Of a stretch of 64,000 bases of DNA, positions 19,182 through 26,646 are shown piece after piece. The notes below the pieces were generated by a model that saw nothing but the letters and a program-made list of their open reading frames with translations, was not told the DNA's origin and did no database searches. The position numbers and the translations under genes were made by a program. The DNA lies in the IMG/VR virus record IMGVR_UViG_3300017991_005548, positions 1 through 64,000 of that record; one strand, 5' to 3'. Position 1 is the first letter of the stretch. The number at the start of each line of letters is the position of its first letter.

Positions 19182-20104
19182 CAGATTCCCCACTTATCCA
19201 TTAAATAATTTTCAACAGTAATTCTTTCACCATCTGTTAAATCTCTATCATAAATAACAACTTCTCCACAATAGAACCTGGCATAAGCATTGTTCCCTCG
19301 ATTAACTCCTAATCTAATTCTACTTGAAAAAAGACTAAAAGTATCATTTCTAGTTGAGCCTGTTTGACTACCGTTTAAAAAGGCTTTTTGTTGAGATCCT
19401 GTATTCCAAGCTGTAAAAAGATATCTAGTATTATTAACTGGACTTCCATATGTTATCTGCCTTTGAGTTGTGGTAGCATCATGATATCTATAGTCCATAT
19501 TAGCTGACCCTGCAAAACTTAACTGTAATGCTCCAGCAAAATTAAATACATTATGACTACTATATATACCATCATTAGTGTCAAATGGAGAGAACGCAGT
19601 AACAGCCATAAAAATTGTAAATGCTCCTGATGGACTTGCAGATAAGTTTTCCATATCATCATCAACTCCATCAAAAAACATACAGCCAAGGCCATTAAAA
19701 CCAGAAGAAAGATATTGAGGTTGTTTGGTTCCAGTCCCTTGAGTTAAATCCCACCCTCCAGTCCATTTGTCATCAATTTGGGAAATAGATCCTGCTGACT
19801 CTGTAATCGTATTAGAATCTGATGCATCATACCAAGCATAAAGGTTGTTGATGTCATATGGGTAGAAACCACTTGAGGAAGAGCTACTGGAAGAAACATT
19901 ATTGAAACTCTCAGAACTTTCCGAAGAACTAGAAGTACTTGAAGAACTAGACTCTAATTCACATTGAAGACAAGAGTCGTAAATTCCACCAATCTCAGAT
20001 GGGTCAGCATTAATTGCTTCGGTAGTTTCCTCAACGAATATATAACACTGCCCATCGATTTTAACAGAAGAGCCTTGGTAATCTTGAAATATCTTGACTG
20101 ACAT
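19181..20104 (-). CDS. Cys-module + poly-Ser + LamG-like domain (copy 1)
   Basis: Same N-terminal module; AWYDA...FDG...ENYLMDKWG. Confidence 0.8.
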   Translation of the reverse strand: MSVKIFQDYQGSSVKIDGQCYIFVEETTEAINADPSEIGGIYDSCLQCELESSSSSTSSSSESSESFNNVSSSSSSSSGFYPYDINNLYAWYDASDSNTITESAGSISQIDDKWTGGWDLTQGTGTKQPQYLSSGFNGLGCMFFDGVDDDMENLSASPSGAFTIFMAVTAFSPFDTNDGIYSSHNVFNFAGALQLSFAGSANMDYRYHDATTTQRQITYGSPVNNTRYLFTAWNTGSQQKAFLNGSQTGSTRNDTFSLFSSRIRLGVNRGNNAYARFYCGEVVIYDRDLTDGERITVENYLMDKWGI

Positions 20105-20146
20105 TAGTATAAAAAGTTTTGATTGTCTCGATATTTATTTCAAGAT

Positions 20147-20864
20147 TTACCCTCTTAACCCCTTGCTGATTTTGGAATACTCATCATAGATCAGGTTCAA
20201 TTTCCCTTTCATAATATCTTGGGGTCTGAACTTTTTCTTTATTCTTTCGTCCTTAACTCTACTCTCAATGAAATTATAGGTTCTAACCCTGGTCCCTCTG
20301 CCCATGTCTCCTATTTGCTCTCTACGTTTATTATTATGATCGTTATGGTCCTTTGCGCCTTGCATGGCGTTAATACGGCTAGTAACGACTGAGAGAGCTA
20401 TTTGACGGTTTCTGTGCTGATTCTTGGTATTGGCGCAAGCAGATATGCCAGTAGGCTTATGAGTTATCTTGACATTAGAGGCAGTTCTATTCCTATGTTG
20501 ACCACCAGGACCTCCACCACAGAAACATTCAATTTCGAAATCAGCCATATTTAACTGATATTCGTAACATTCTGTGTATGGAAGAACTGCAACAGCAATA
20601 GTAGAGGTATGTCGTCTACCTTTTGACTCTGTGGGGGGACACCTCTGAACGCGATGTATGCCGCTTTCTAAAGAGAACTTATTGGTGAGATTTTTGCCTG
20701 ACAACAGGAATGAATATGAAGAAACAGAATGGCTAAAGACAATCCATGGAGATGTCTTCTGCCTTACAATACCCTTGGTACATTTTTACCATGTCTACTA
20801 AGAAAAGTTTGGAGTCTTCTCCACCTTCTCCAGCTTTGAGTTCGAGTACAATTTGTTCTTTCAT
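20147..20864 (-). CDS. prfA: Peptide chain release factor 1-like protein lacking domain 1, requiring a +1 frameshift at CTT-TAG-C (join 20864..20736, 20734..20147; 238 aa)
   Basis: ORF1 (AGGAGG SD, 43 aa) IVLELKAGEGGEDS matches RF1 ILEIRAGTGGDEA; the +1 frame gives ESGIHRVQRCPPTESKGRRHTS (PxT), GPGGQH and RTYNF. Confidence 0.85.
20732..20738 (-). promoter_or_regulatory. Putative programmed +1 frameshift site CUU-UAG-C
   Basis: Analogue of the prfB CUU-UGA-C site; RF1 homology switches frame here. Confidence 0.75.
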
Positions 20865-20891
20865 AATAAACCTCCTGAGGTTACAACGATC

Positions 20892-20919
20892 ATTATACCA
20901 TTTATTATAGGAAAATCAA
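20892..20919 (-). promoter_or_regulatory. sigma70-type promoter of the release-factor gene
   Basis: TTGATT-N16-TATAAT with extended -10 TG. Confidence 0.65.
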
Positions 20920-20920
20920 G

Positions 20921-21322
20921 TTATTCTGTTAGATCTGTTAATTTGAACTGAGGGCTGTTTACACTTGCTTGTAAAGGCTCGACTGGAGTTATATTATCTT
21001 CTAATTCTTCTTTTGTTGCACCAATTATTTGAAGAACCTCTCCATCAATATTGTCTACATCAAACTTTCTATAGCTAATTTTGGTCATTTCATCTCCATC
21101 AAAAACAGCGTATGGATAGACAATTTGTGGGTGATCCTCTCCATTTAGTCTCATATTCATTAATTGAGATTCCAAATCAGGATCATCTAAATGAATTCGA
21201 ATAAATTCTTTATCTTCTTGAATTCCCCAAGGTGAATCATCAAGTTTAACTATAATAATATCTCCTTTCTCGTGAACCCCATGTAGACTAAATCCATTAT
21301 TTACAAGTGCTATTAATGCCAT
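20921..21322 (-). CDS. Hypothetical protein
   Basis: 133 aa ORF, AGGAG SD. Confidence 0.7.
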   Translation of the reverse strand: MALIALVNNGFSLHGVHEKGDIIIVKLDDSPWGIQEDKEFIRIHLDDPDLESQLMNMRLNGEDHPQIVYPYAVFDGDEMTKISYRKFDVDNIDGEVLQIIGATKEELEDNITPVEPLQASVNSPQFKLTDLTE

Positions 21323-21332
21323 ATTATTTCTC

Positions 21333-22493
21333 CTATGTGTTTAATTCAAATGCTCCAATATCTGGAGGATCTTTTCTAGTTGTTCCAAGTATATCTGTCT
21401 CTACTCCAGAAATAGCTATCCCAGCCGCATAGATGTCAGCACTAGAATTTTTAACACTATGATCAGACCCAACTGTCGTCCATTGATCGGAGCTGGATTT
21501 ACTTATTAAATTACCACTTCCCAACCAAGAATTCGCTGTGGTATCAGAAGAACAACAATAGTCAACATTTTCTGTAATAATTCCAAGTGTGTAAAAATCA
21601 TCCCCACCATTATCCATACTAATGTTGTTCTGGCAATTCCAATCAACAGTGACATCATTTAAGGTGCGGATGTAAAAACCTCTTGTTCCATAGTTGTAAA
21701 TAGAATTATTATATGTATTAAGAGTGTAGTTATATGTGCCATCATTCTCATAAAGTTGAAATGCTACTGCACCATCTCTTGTTTCACTTCCCGAACAATA
21801 GAATGAATTATTGATAATATTAAATACACCATCTACGTTATAGACATTAATAAATATACAAAATGCGCTATTAGCTCCCTGTAATTGGAATACGCAGTTC
21901 TTAACTGTCAAATGATTCGCATGACCTTCACCTTGAGCAAACAATGTGGTAGCAAATGTATTTGTCCCGATTACTCTCATTCCATCAATTTCTACATATG
22001 GGTCAACAATTGTAAATACACTACCACTTGAAGAACAATACGCCCCATTGAGGGCAGTTGTTCCATCATGTTTGTGGCCATCTGCTGGAGCTATTTTTAG
22101 ATGATTATTCTCATCTTGATTAGTGCCTCCACTAATTACACATGTTCCTGCGTTAAACCCTGAATCAACTAAGCCGAGAACGACACCTCTGTCCGTAAAG
22201 TCTGTATTTCTAGCCGCTTCAAATGCGGCTAATGAAGAATAATCTCCATCGATGTTTTTTATTGTATAAACTTCTGGATCTCCAAATGATGAAGTAGAGC
22301 TAGATTCCGAATAAGCTTCAGATGATGATGAAGAACTGGATTCTAATTTACATTCCAAACAAGAGTCGTAAGTTCCACCTATAACACTTGGGTCTGTATT
22401 AAATGGTTGAGTCGTTTCTCCAATAAATTTATAACAAACATCATTTATTTTAATAGATGCTCCTTGATAATCATCAAATATTTTATTTGCCAT
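21333..22493 (-). CDS. Cys-module + poly-Ser + right-handed beta-helix (pectin-lyase-like) domain
   Basis: Shared N-module; Asn-ladder repeats (IINNSFY, TYNNSIY, CQNNIS); C-terminal DIxGxxR..PDIGAFE. Confidence 0.7.
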   Translation of the reverse strand: MANKIFDDYQGASIKINDVCYKFIGETTQPFNTDPSVIGGTYDSCLECKLESSSSSSSEAYSESSSTSSFGDPEVYTIKNIDGDYSSLAAFEAARNTDFTDRGVVLGLVDSGFNAGTCVISGGTNQDENNHLKIAPADGHKHDGTTALNGAYCSSSGSVFTIVDPYVEIDGMRVIGTNTFATTLFAQGEGHANHLTVKNCVFQLQGANSAFCIFINVYNVDGVFNIINNSFYCSGSETRDGAVAFQLYENDGTYNYTLNTYNNSIYNYGTRGFYIRTLNDVTVDWNCQNNISMDNGGDDFYTLGIITENVDYCCSSDTTANSWLGSGNLISKSSSDQWTTVGSDHSVKNSSADIYAAGIAISGVETDILGTTRKDPPDIGAFELNT

Positions 22494-22508
22494 AATTTAC
22501 TCTTTTCT

Positions 22509-23012
22509 TTATGGATAATTGGTAGGCAATAAATTCCCATAAAAAGTTACTGTTGGAGCATAAGCAACTTCTACCAAATCACCTACTTCCACATCAAAAG
22601 GTACAGATTGAGTTTTTGATCGTACTCCTCCACCTCTATACTCTTCAACATTATTGATTTTAATGCTACAAGTGTAACCAAGGTTACCAGTATGCCAAAC
22701 TCTCAAAACTCCATCTCTTGGGACAGAATCTATTAATGTTGAATATGTCCCACCAACTCCAGTTTTATAGAAATAATTCTCGCTAAGATAATATGCGACT
22801 GCATGTTCTATTGCAGTTAATGTAGTTCTACCTTGACTGTCTGCTGTTATATATGCAGAATAACCTGATATATTGTCATAGATCACAGAACTTAAACTAG
22901 CATCTTTAGGAGTTCCATCTGTTTTAGTTCCAACATACTCAAAAGCTTTTTGAGTTCCTTGGTCATTTATGACAATAGCAGAGCCAACATAAGAATAATA
23001 ATGTTTACTCAT
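22509..23012 (-). CDS. Hypothetical fibre-like protein, paralog of 23027..23509
   Basis: Shared RVWHTGNxGYT and VEVAYAPTVTFYGxxLPxNYP. Confidence 0.7.
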   Translation of the reverse strand: MSKHYYSYVGSAIVINDQGTQKAFEYVGTKTDGTPKDASLSSVIYDNISGYSAYITADSQGRTTLTAIEHAVAYYLSENYFYKTGVGGTYSTLIDSVPRDGVLRVWHTGNLGYTCSIKINNVEEYRGGGVRSKTQSVPFDVEVGDLVEVAYAPTVTFYGNLLPTNYP

Positions 23013-23026
23013 AATTCACCTCATTG

Positions 23027-23509
23027 TTATGGATAATTAAATGGCAATATAACGCCATAAAAAGTTACTGTTGGAGCATAAGCAACTTCTACTGAAGCGC
23101 CTTCCGCAACATTAAAGCCTCTCGACAAAGTAAAAGATTTTGCATGTGATGATGCATATATTTGCGATCCGTTAACAACTACTCGCATTGTATATCCAGC
23201 GTTACCAGTATGCCAAATCCTCATAACTCCCTCTGCGGGAGCACTAGACCATAAAGTACTTAAACTGCCAGTAACACCACTGACAGAAGCGTAATTGGTA
23301 AACGCCAACAAATACTCTGCCCCATCATAGTCTGATTTCCCCTGTGGATCTGCATATGTAAATATAGACCCATTAGATGTTCCTGTCACTCCTGATGGGT
23401 ATGCACTAGGCACTCCTGTTGTTTGACCAATACGTTCAAGGTATACAACCTCATCCCCAATATCATACGAGACTCCATCTCCTTGATCTGATGTAAAATA
23501 ATAACTCAT
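23027..23509 (-). CDS. Hypothetical fibre-like protein, paralog of 22509..23012
   Basis: Same shared motifs; GGAG SD. Confidence 0.7.
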   Translation of the reverse strand: MSYYFTSDQGDGVSYDIGDEVVYLERIGQTTGVPSAYPSGVTGTSNGSIFTYADPQGKSDYDGAEYLLAFTNYASVSGVTGSLSTLWSSAPAEGVMRIWHTGNAGYTMRVVVNGSQIYASSHAKSFTLSRGFNVAEGASVEVAYAPTVTFYGVILPFNYP

Positions 23510-23520
23510 AACTTTACTCC

Positions 23521-24087
23521 TTAAAAAGATCCTTGTTGATATTCATAAACTGTTGGGGTTACATCAATAGATTTTTGGTTATATTCCCAAACATTTTGTG
23601 GGAAGCAAGCCTCTTCACAAACATCAACAACTTGGTCTTCTGAGAAATTCTGATAAGCAAGTGGAGCGTCAAGAGTGATGATGTCTTCTGCTCCATAGTT
23701 TCTGTAATGACCACTGTAAATCGCATCTATACAAACAGGTCCTTCGTTAATGACCCCTAAAAATGGGGGTGGTGAGAACTGCAATCCATTTATGTTTTCA
23801 AGTACATGTTGAATAGTACCATTAGTACACTCATAAGAACTTGAAGACGATTCATTACCAACAGATTCTGAAGATGAACTTTCTGCTCCAATAGATTCAG
23901 ATGATTCTGACAATGAACTTTCAGATGAAGAACTATCTAAAGCACATTCCAAACATGAATCAAAAACTTCTTCGATTTCAATTGGATAAGAATTAATAGG
24001 TTTTACGGTTTCACCGATCCATTTATAACAAACACCATTAATCTTAATGGATGCTCCTTGATAATCGTCAAATATTTTATTCGCCAT
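23521..24087 (-). CDS. Cys-module + poly-Ser + small Cys-bounded domain
   Basis: Shared N-module; FSPP...EGxVCI...GxEDxIxL...VxxVCExxC domain also in 11787..12995. Confidence 0.75.
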   Translation of the reverse strand: MANKIFDDYQGASIKINGVCYKWIGETVKPINSYPIEIEEVFDSCLECALDSSSSESSLSESSESIGAESSSSESVGNESSSSSYECTNGTIQHVLENINGLQFSPPPFLGVINEGPVCIDAIYSGHYRNYGAEDIITLDAPLAYQNFSEDQVVDVCEEACFPQNVWEYNQKSIDVTPTVYEYQQGSF

Positions 24088-24097
24088 AATTTACTCC

Positions 24098-25516
24098 TTA
24101 AACTGCTCCACCATCATAAACTGCTCCCCATTCTGATCCAATTGCAGTTCTCCCTGCTTCAGCGGCACCTCCCGCAGTGTATTTACTGTTGCCGAACGTT
24201 GGGATTCCTGCGGCAGGTTTTAACGATTGACCTCCCCATGAAATCAGAAGTGCATCATAGTTAGCAGTAGACAGGGCATCGTAAGGAGTGCCACGAGCTA
24301 TTTCTGCCATGAACTCATGTATTACTGTGACGTTAGAAACATCCCAGTTGCTGAGGTCTTGGTCAAAATTAGGTTGGAACCTAATGGCTTGTTGAATATC
24401 AGTAACGCTTGATGTATCCCACACCCCTATCGGCTGATTGAATACGCCTCTACTGGCTAAAGTTGCACCTAGCATATTTGCCAGTGTTGTCACGTTACCC
24501 ATGTTTGTAAAGTTTTGGATCGCGCCATTGAATAAAGGACAAGTATTAAACATACCTGAGCAGTCAGTGACACTATTCATGTCCCAGTTCCAATTTGCGC
24601 TTGCGCCTGTCATTCCAGTACATCCTGCGAACATCCATGAACAATCCGAACACGCCGACAAATCAGGCACATCAGATGCGGTGATTTCAAGGCCACTACA
24701 ACTCGAAAATGCGTTAGCCATCTGAGGCCACTGATACGTTCCCCACTGTCGAATTTCTTTGAGCTTTGATGCATATCCCCATCCTGAAATCCAACCAGAA
24801 GAAGAAGAGAAGTCAACAGACATTTCATACTCGGTATCTGCGTCAGGATAGATATGTTCGATTATAAATCCACCAGTAACCGTTTGTTGGTTTCCATCAC
24901 CCCAATCAATATATGTTGTGTTAGGGTTACCTATGTAAATTTGAACTGTTTTATTCTCTCCTGAATCCCACAATGCTTTAAAAAGATCACCCTCAGGGTA
25001 AGAACTGCTTGACGAACTTGAAGTTGAACATGGATCATCACAAACCTCTACAACTTGTCCAACCGAATACTTACTTGCCGCACCTGGCTCAACTAAAGAA
25101 ATACCAATCCAAAGACCAACATTTATCTCTCCAATATCATTTCCATTTACACAAACAAAACCTGAAAAAGTATTTAATGGAGAAGTTGATTCAAAGCCTA
25201 ATACATTTCCTACAATGGTTAATATTGAAACAGTGGCACAACCTTCTGAACTTGATGAAGAAACATTTTCTTCACTTTCTGAAGAATTGGAACTAGAAGA
25301 ACTGCTAACATTACCAATTGATTCAGAAGATGATGATTGAGTACTTTCTGATGAACTTGATTCAATAGCACATTCGAGACAATTATCAAAAACTTCTTCT
25401 ATTTCGCTTGGGCTTGAATTAACAGAACTAGTTGTTTCACCGATCCATTTATAACAAACCCCACCTATTTTAATTGATGCTCCTTGATAATCGTCAAATA
25501 TTTTTTCTCTACCCAT
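24098..25516 (-). CDS. Cys-module + poly-Ser + PKD-like + BspA/DUF285 leucine-rich repeat protein
   Basis: YIDWGDG; FNQPIGVWDTSSVT, FDQDLSNWDVSNVT repeats; LSTANYDALLISW. Confidence 0.8.
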   Translation of the reverse strand: MGREKIFDDYQGASIKIGGVCYKWIGETTSSVNSSPSEIEEVFDNCLECAIESSSSESTQSSSSESIGNVSSSSSSNSSESEENVSSSSSEGCATVSILTIVGNVLGFESTSPLNTFSGFVCVNGNDIGEINVGLWIGISLVEPGAASKYSVGQVVEVCDDPCSTSSSSSSSYPEGDLFKALWDSGENKTVQIYIGNPNTTYIDWGDGNQQTVTGGFIIEHIYPDADTEYEMSVDFSSSSGWISGWGYASKLKEIRQWGTYQWPQMANAFSSCSGLEITASDVPDLSACSDCSWMFAGCTGMTGASANWNWDMNSVTDCSGMFNTCPLFNGAIQNFTNMGNVTTLANMLGATLASRGVFNQPIGVWDTSSVTDIQQAIRFQPNFDQDLSNWDVSNVTVIHEFMAEIARGTPYDALSTANYDALLISWGGQSLKPAAGIPTFGNSKYTAGGAAEAGRTAIGSEWGAVYDGGAV

Positions 25517-25591
25517 AAAAAATCTCTCTAGATAATATTGATAAATAGTTCAATATATATATCTGAGAAACCTTTGGAAAAATAGAGAGTT

Positions 25592-25673
25592 TGGTATGGG
25601 GGGTGGGACTTGAACCCACAGAAATTCACTTGTTTATAAGACAAGCCGCTTAACCAAATTTGCGTACCCCCAC
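25592..25673 (-). tRNA. tRNA-Ile(UAU)
   Basis: CTTGT-CTTATAA-ACAAG anticodon arm; GTGGG-TTCAAGT-CCCAC; ACCA end; 9-nt variable region. Confidence 0.8.
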
Positions 25674-25689
25674 ACAGGTAAGAAGTTTT

Positions 25690-25796
25690 GGGGAGGTGGG
25701 GAGGCTCACTGGGGTAAGTGGCTTCTTATTATATTGCCGTCCATTGTGTCAGCCCGTTCTCCTTCTAACGGGTGTTTCCGATGACATGGCATCCCC
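25690..25796 (-). ncRNA. GC-rich structured RNA of unknown class inside the tRNA operon
   Basis: Nested pairings GGGGA/TCCCC, CCAT/ATGG, TGTCA/TGACA, CCCGTT/AACGGG; abuts tRNA-Val. Confidence 0.5.
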
Positions 25797-25798
25797 TT

Positions 25799-25875
25799 TG
25801 GTGGGCAGTACAGGACTCGAACCTGTCACGACCTCGGTGTAAACGAGGCATTCTAGCCAAATGAATTAACTGCCC
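25799..25875 (-). tRNA. tRNA-Val(UAC)
   Basis: CCTCG-TTTACAC-CGAGG; ACCA end. Confidence 0.9.
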
Positions 25876-25939
25876 AGTAAAATCATATTCGAAATACTTC
25901 TTTCATATTATAACCTAAATTTCCTTTAGTTCAACAAAC

Positions 25940-26019
25940 AAGCTGATTTATTTTTTGAAGGGTTTGAACCTTCTAGATGGTGTAAGCATCGTTAACCTGT
26001 TTTTTGCTGTAATCAGCCT
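25940..26019 (-). ncRNA. tRNA-mimic RNA with a Val(UAC) anticodon hairpin and a T arm inside a non-acceptor closing helix
   Basis: AGGCTGATT/AATCAGCTT closing stem; GATG-CTTACAC-CATC; GAAGG-TTCAAAC-CCTTC; no CCA. Confidence 0.55.
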
Positions 26020-26026
26020 TTATTTT

Positions 26027-26103
26027 TGGTGGACCTACACGGATTCGAACCGAGATTTCCTCCCTGCCAGAGAGGTGTGTTAGCCATTAGTCACTATAAG
26101 CCC
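26027..26103 (-). tRNA. tRNA-Ala(GGC)
   Basis: G3:U70; CCTCT-CTGGCAG-GGAGG; ACCA end. Confidence 0.85.
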
Positions 26104-26137
26104 TTTTTGTTTCATAACTCGTTGATAATTAACGACT

Positions 26138-26216
26138 TGGTGGAGACGGTCGGAATCGAACCGACCACATGCTGGTTGCAAACCAGTATCGCCAAAGCCT
26201 TGGTACATGCGCCCCC
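26138..26216 (-). tRNA. tRNA-Ala(UGC) with aberrant D arm
   Basis: G3:U70; loop TTTGCAA; canonical T arm; ACCA end; D region CATGTACCAAGGCTTTGGCGAT is non-canonical. Confidence 0.75.
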
Positions 26217-26221
26217 AAGTT

Positions 26222-26443
26222 TTAAACGCCTAATTCGTTATCCTCAAAAAACACAACATCCGAAATCGGTTCTAGTCTTTCGTATGTCTCATTCCATATT
26301 TCAATTTCTTCATCCGTCAATGCAACCTTGTCATTTTTACAGTTCCATCGATCTTTGTCTGGACACCAACAACTGCCTTCTGCATGTATCCATTGTGCCA
26401 TGCATTTCTCAAACATTTTCTTGTAATCTACGTTGTCTTCCAT
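26222..26443 (-). CDS. Small hypothetical protein inside the tRNA operon
   Basis: MEDNVDYKK start after a GGAG SD. Confidence 0.6.
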   Translation of the reverse strand: MEDNVDYKKMFEKCMAQWIHAEGSCWCPDKDRWNCKNDKVALTDEEIEIWNETYERLEPISDVVFFEDNELGV

Positions 26444-26480
26444 CGTCTGTCTCCAGTATCTGGTCATTTATACGGACATC

Positions 26481-26504
26481 ATGGCCACATAAATGGCCAC
26501 ATAA
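26481..26504. repeat. 12-bp tandem duplication (ATGGCCACATAA)x2
   Basis: Seen directly, just 3' of tRNA-Ala(UGC). Confidence 0.8.
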
Positions 26505-26508
26505 GTCT

Positions 26509-26585
26509 TGGTGGAGCATAAGAGACTCGAACTCTTGACATCCTGCTTGCAAAGCAGGTGCTCTAGCCATCTGAGCTAATGCCCC
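26509..26585 (-). tRNA. tRNA-Ala(UGC)
   Basis: Canonical cloverleaf, G3:U70, CCTGC-TTTGCAA-GCAGG, ACCA end. Confidence 0.92.
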
Positions 26586-26646
26586 AAAATACGGGATACC
26601 TAAGCATTGCCCGTTTTTGAATGGATGTCGAAACATTGCCATTCTT

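Noticed and set aside
14524-20104. Diversity-generating retroelement or invertase shufflon acting on the LamG array
   Set aside because: No reverse transcriptase, recombinase, template/variable repeat pair or inverted cassette in the window; all copies are complete co-oriented genes.
20679-20735. In-frame UAG readthrough of the release-factor gene
   Set aside because: The zero frame gives PFCFFIFIPVVRQKSHQ then TAA with no RF similarity; homology continues only in the +1 frame.
3810-25516. N-x-S sequons (NVS, NTS, NES, NYS) in the linkers as N-glycosylation signals
   Set aside because: Any Asn in a poly-Ser tract forms N-x-S by chance, and no oligosaccharyltransferase is recognisable.
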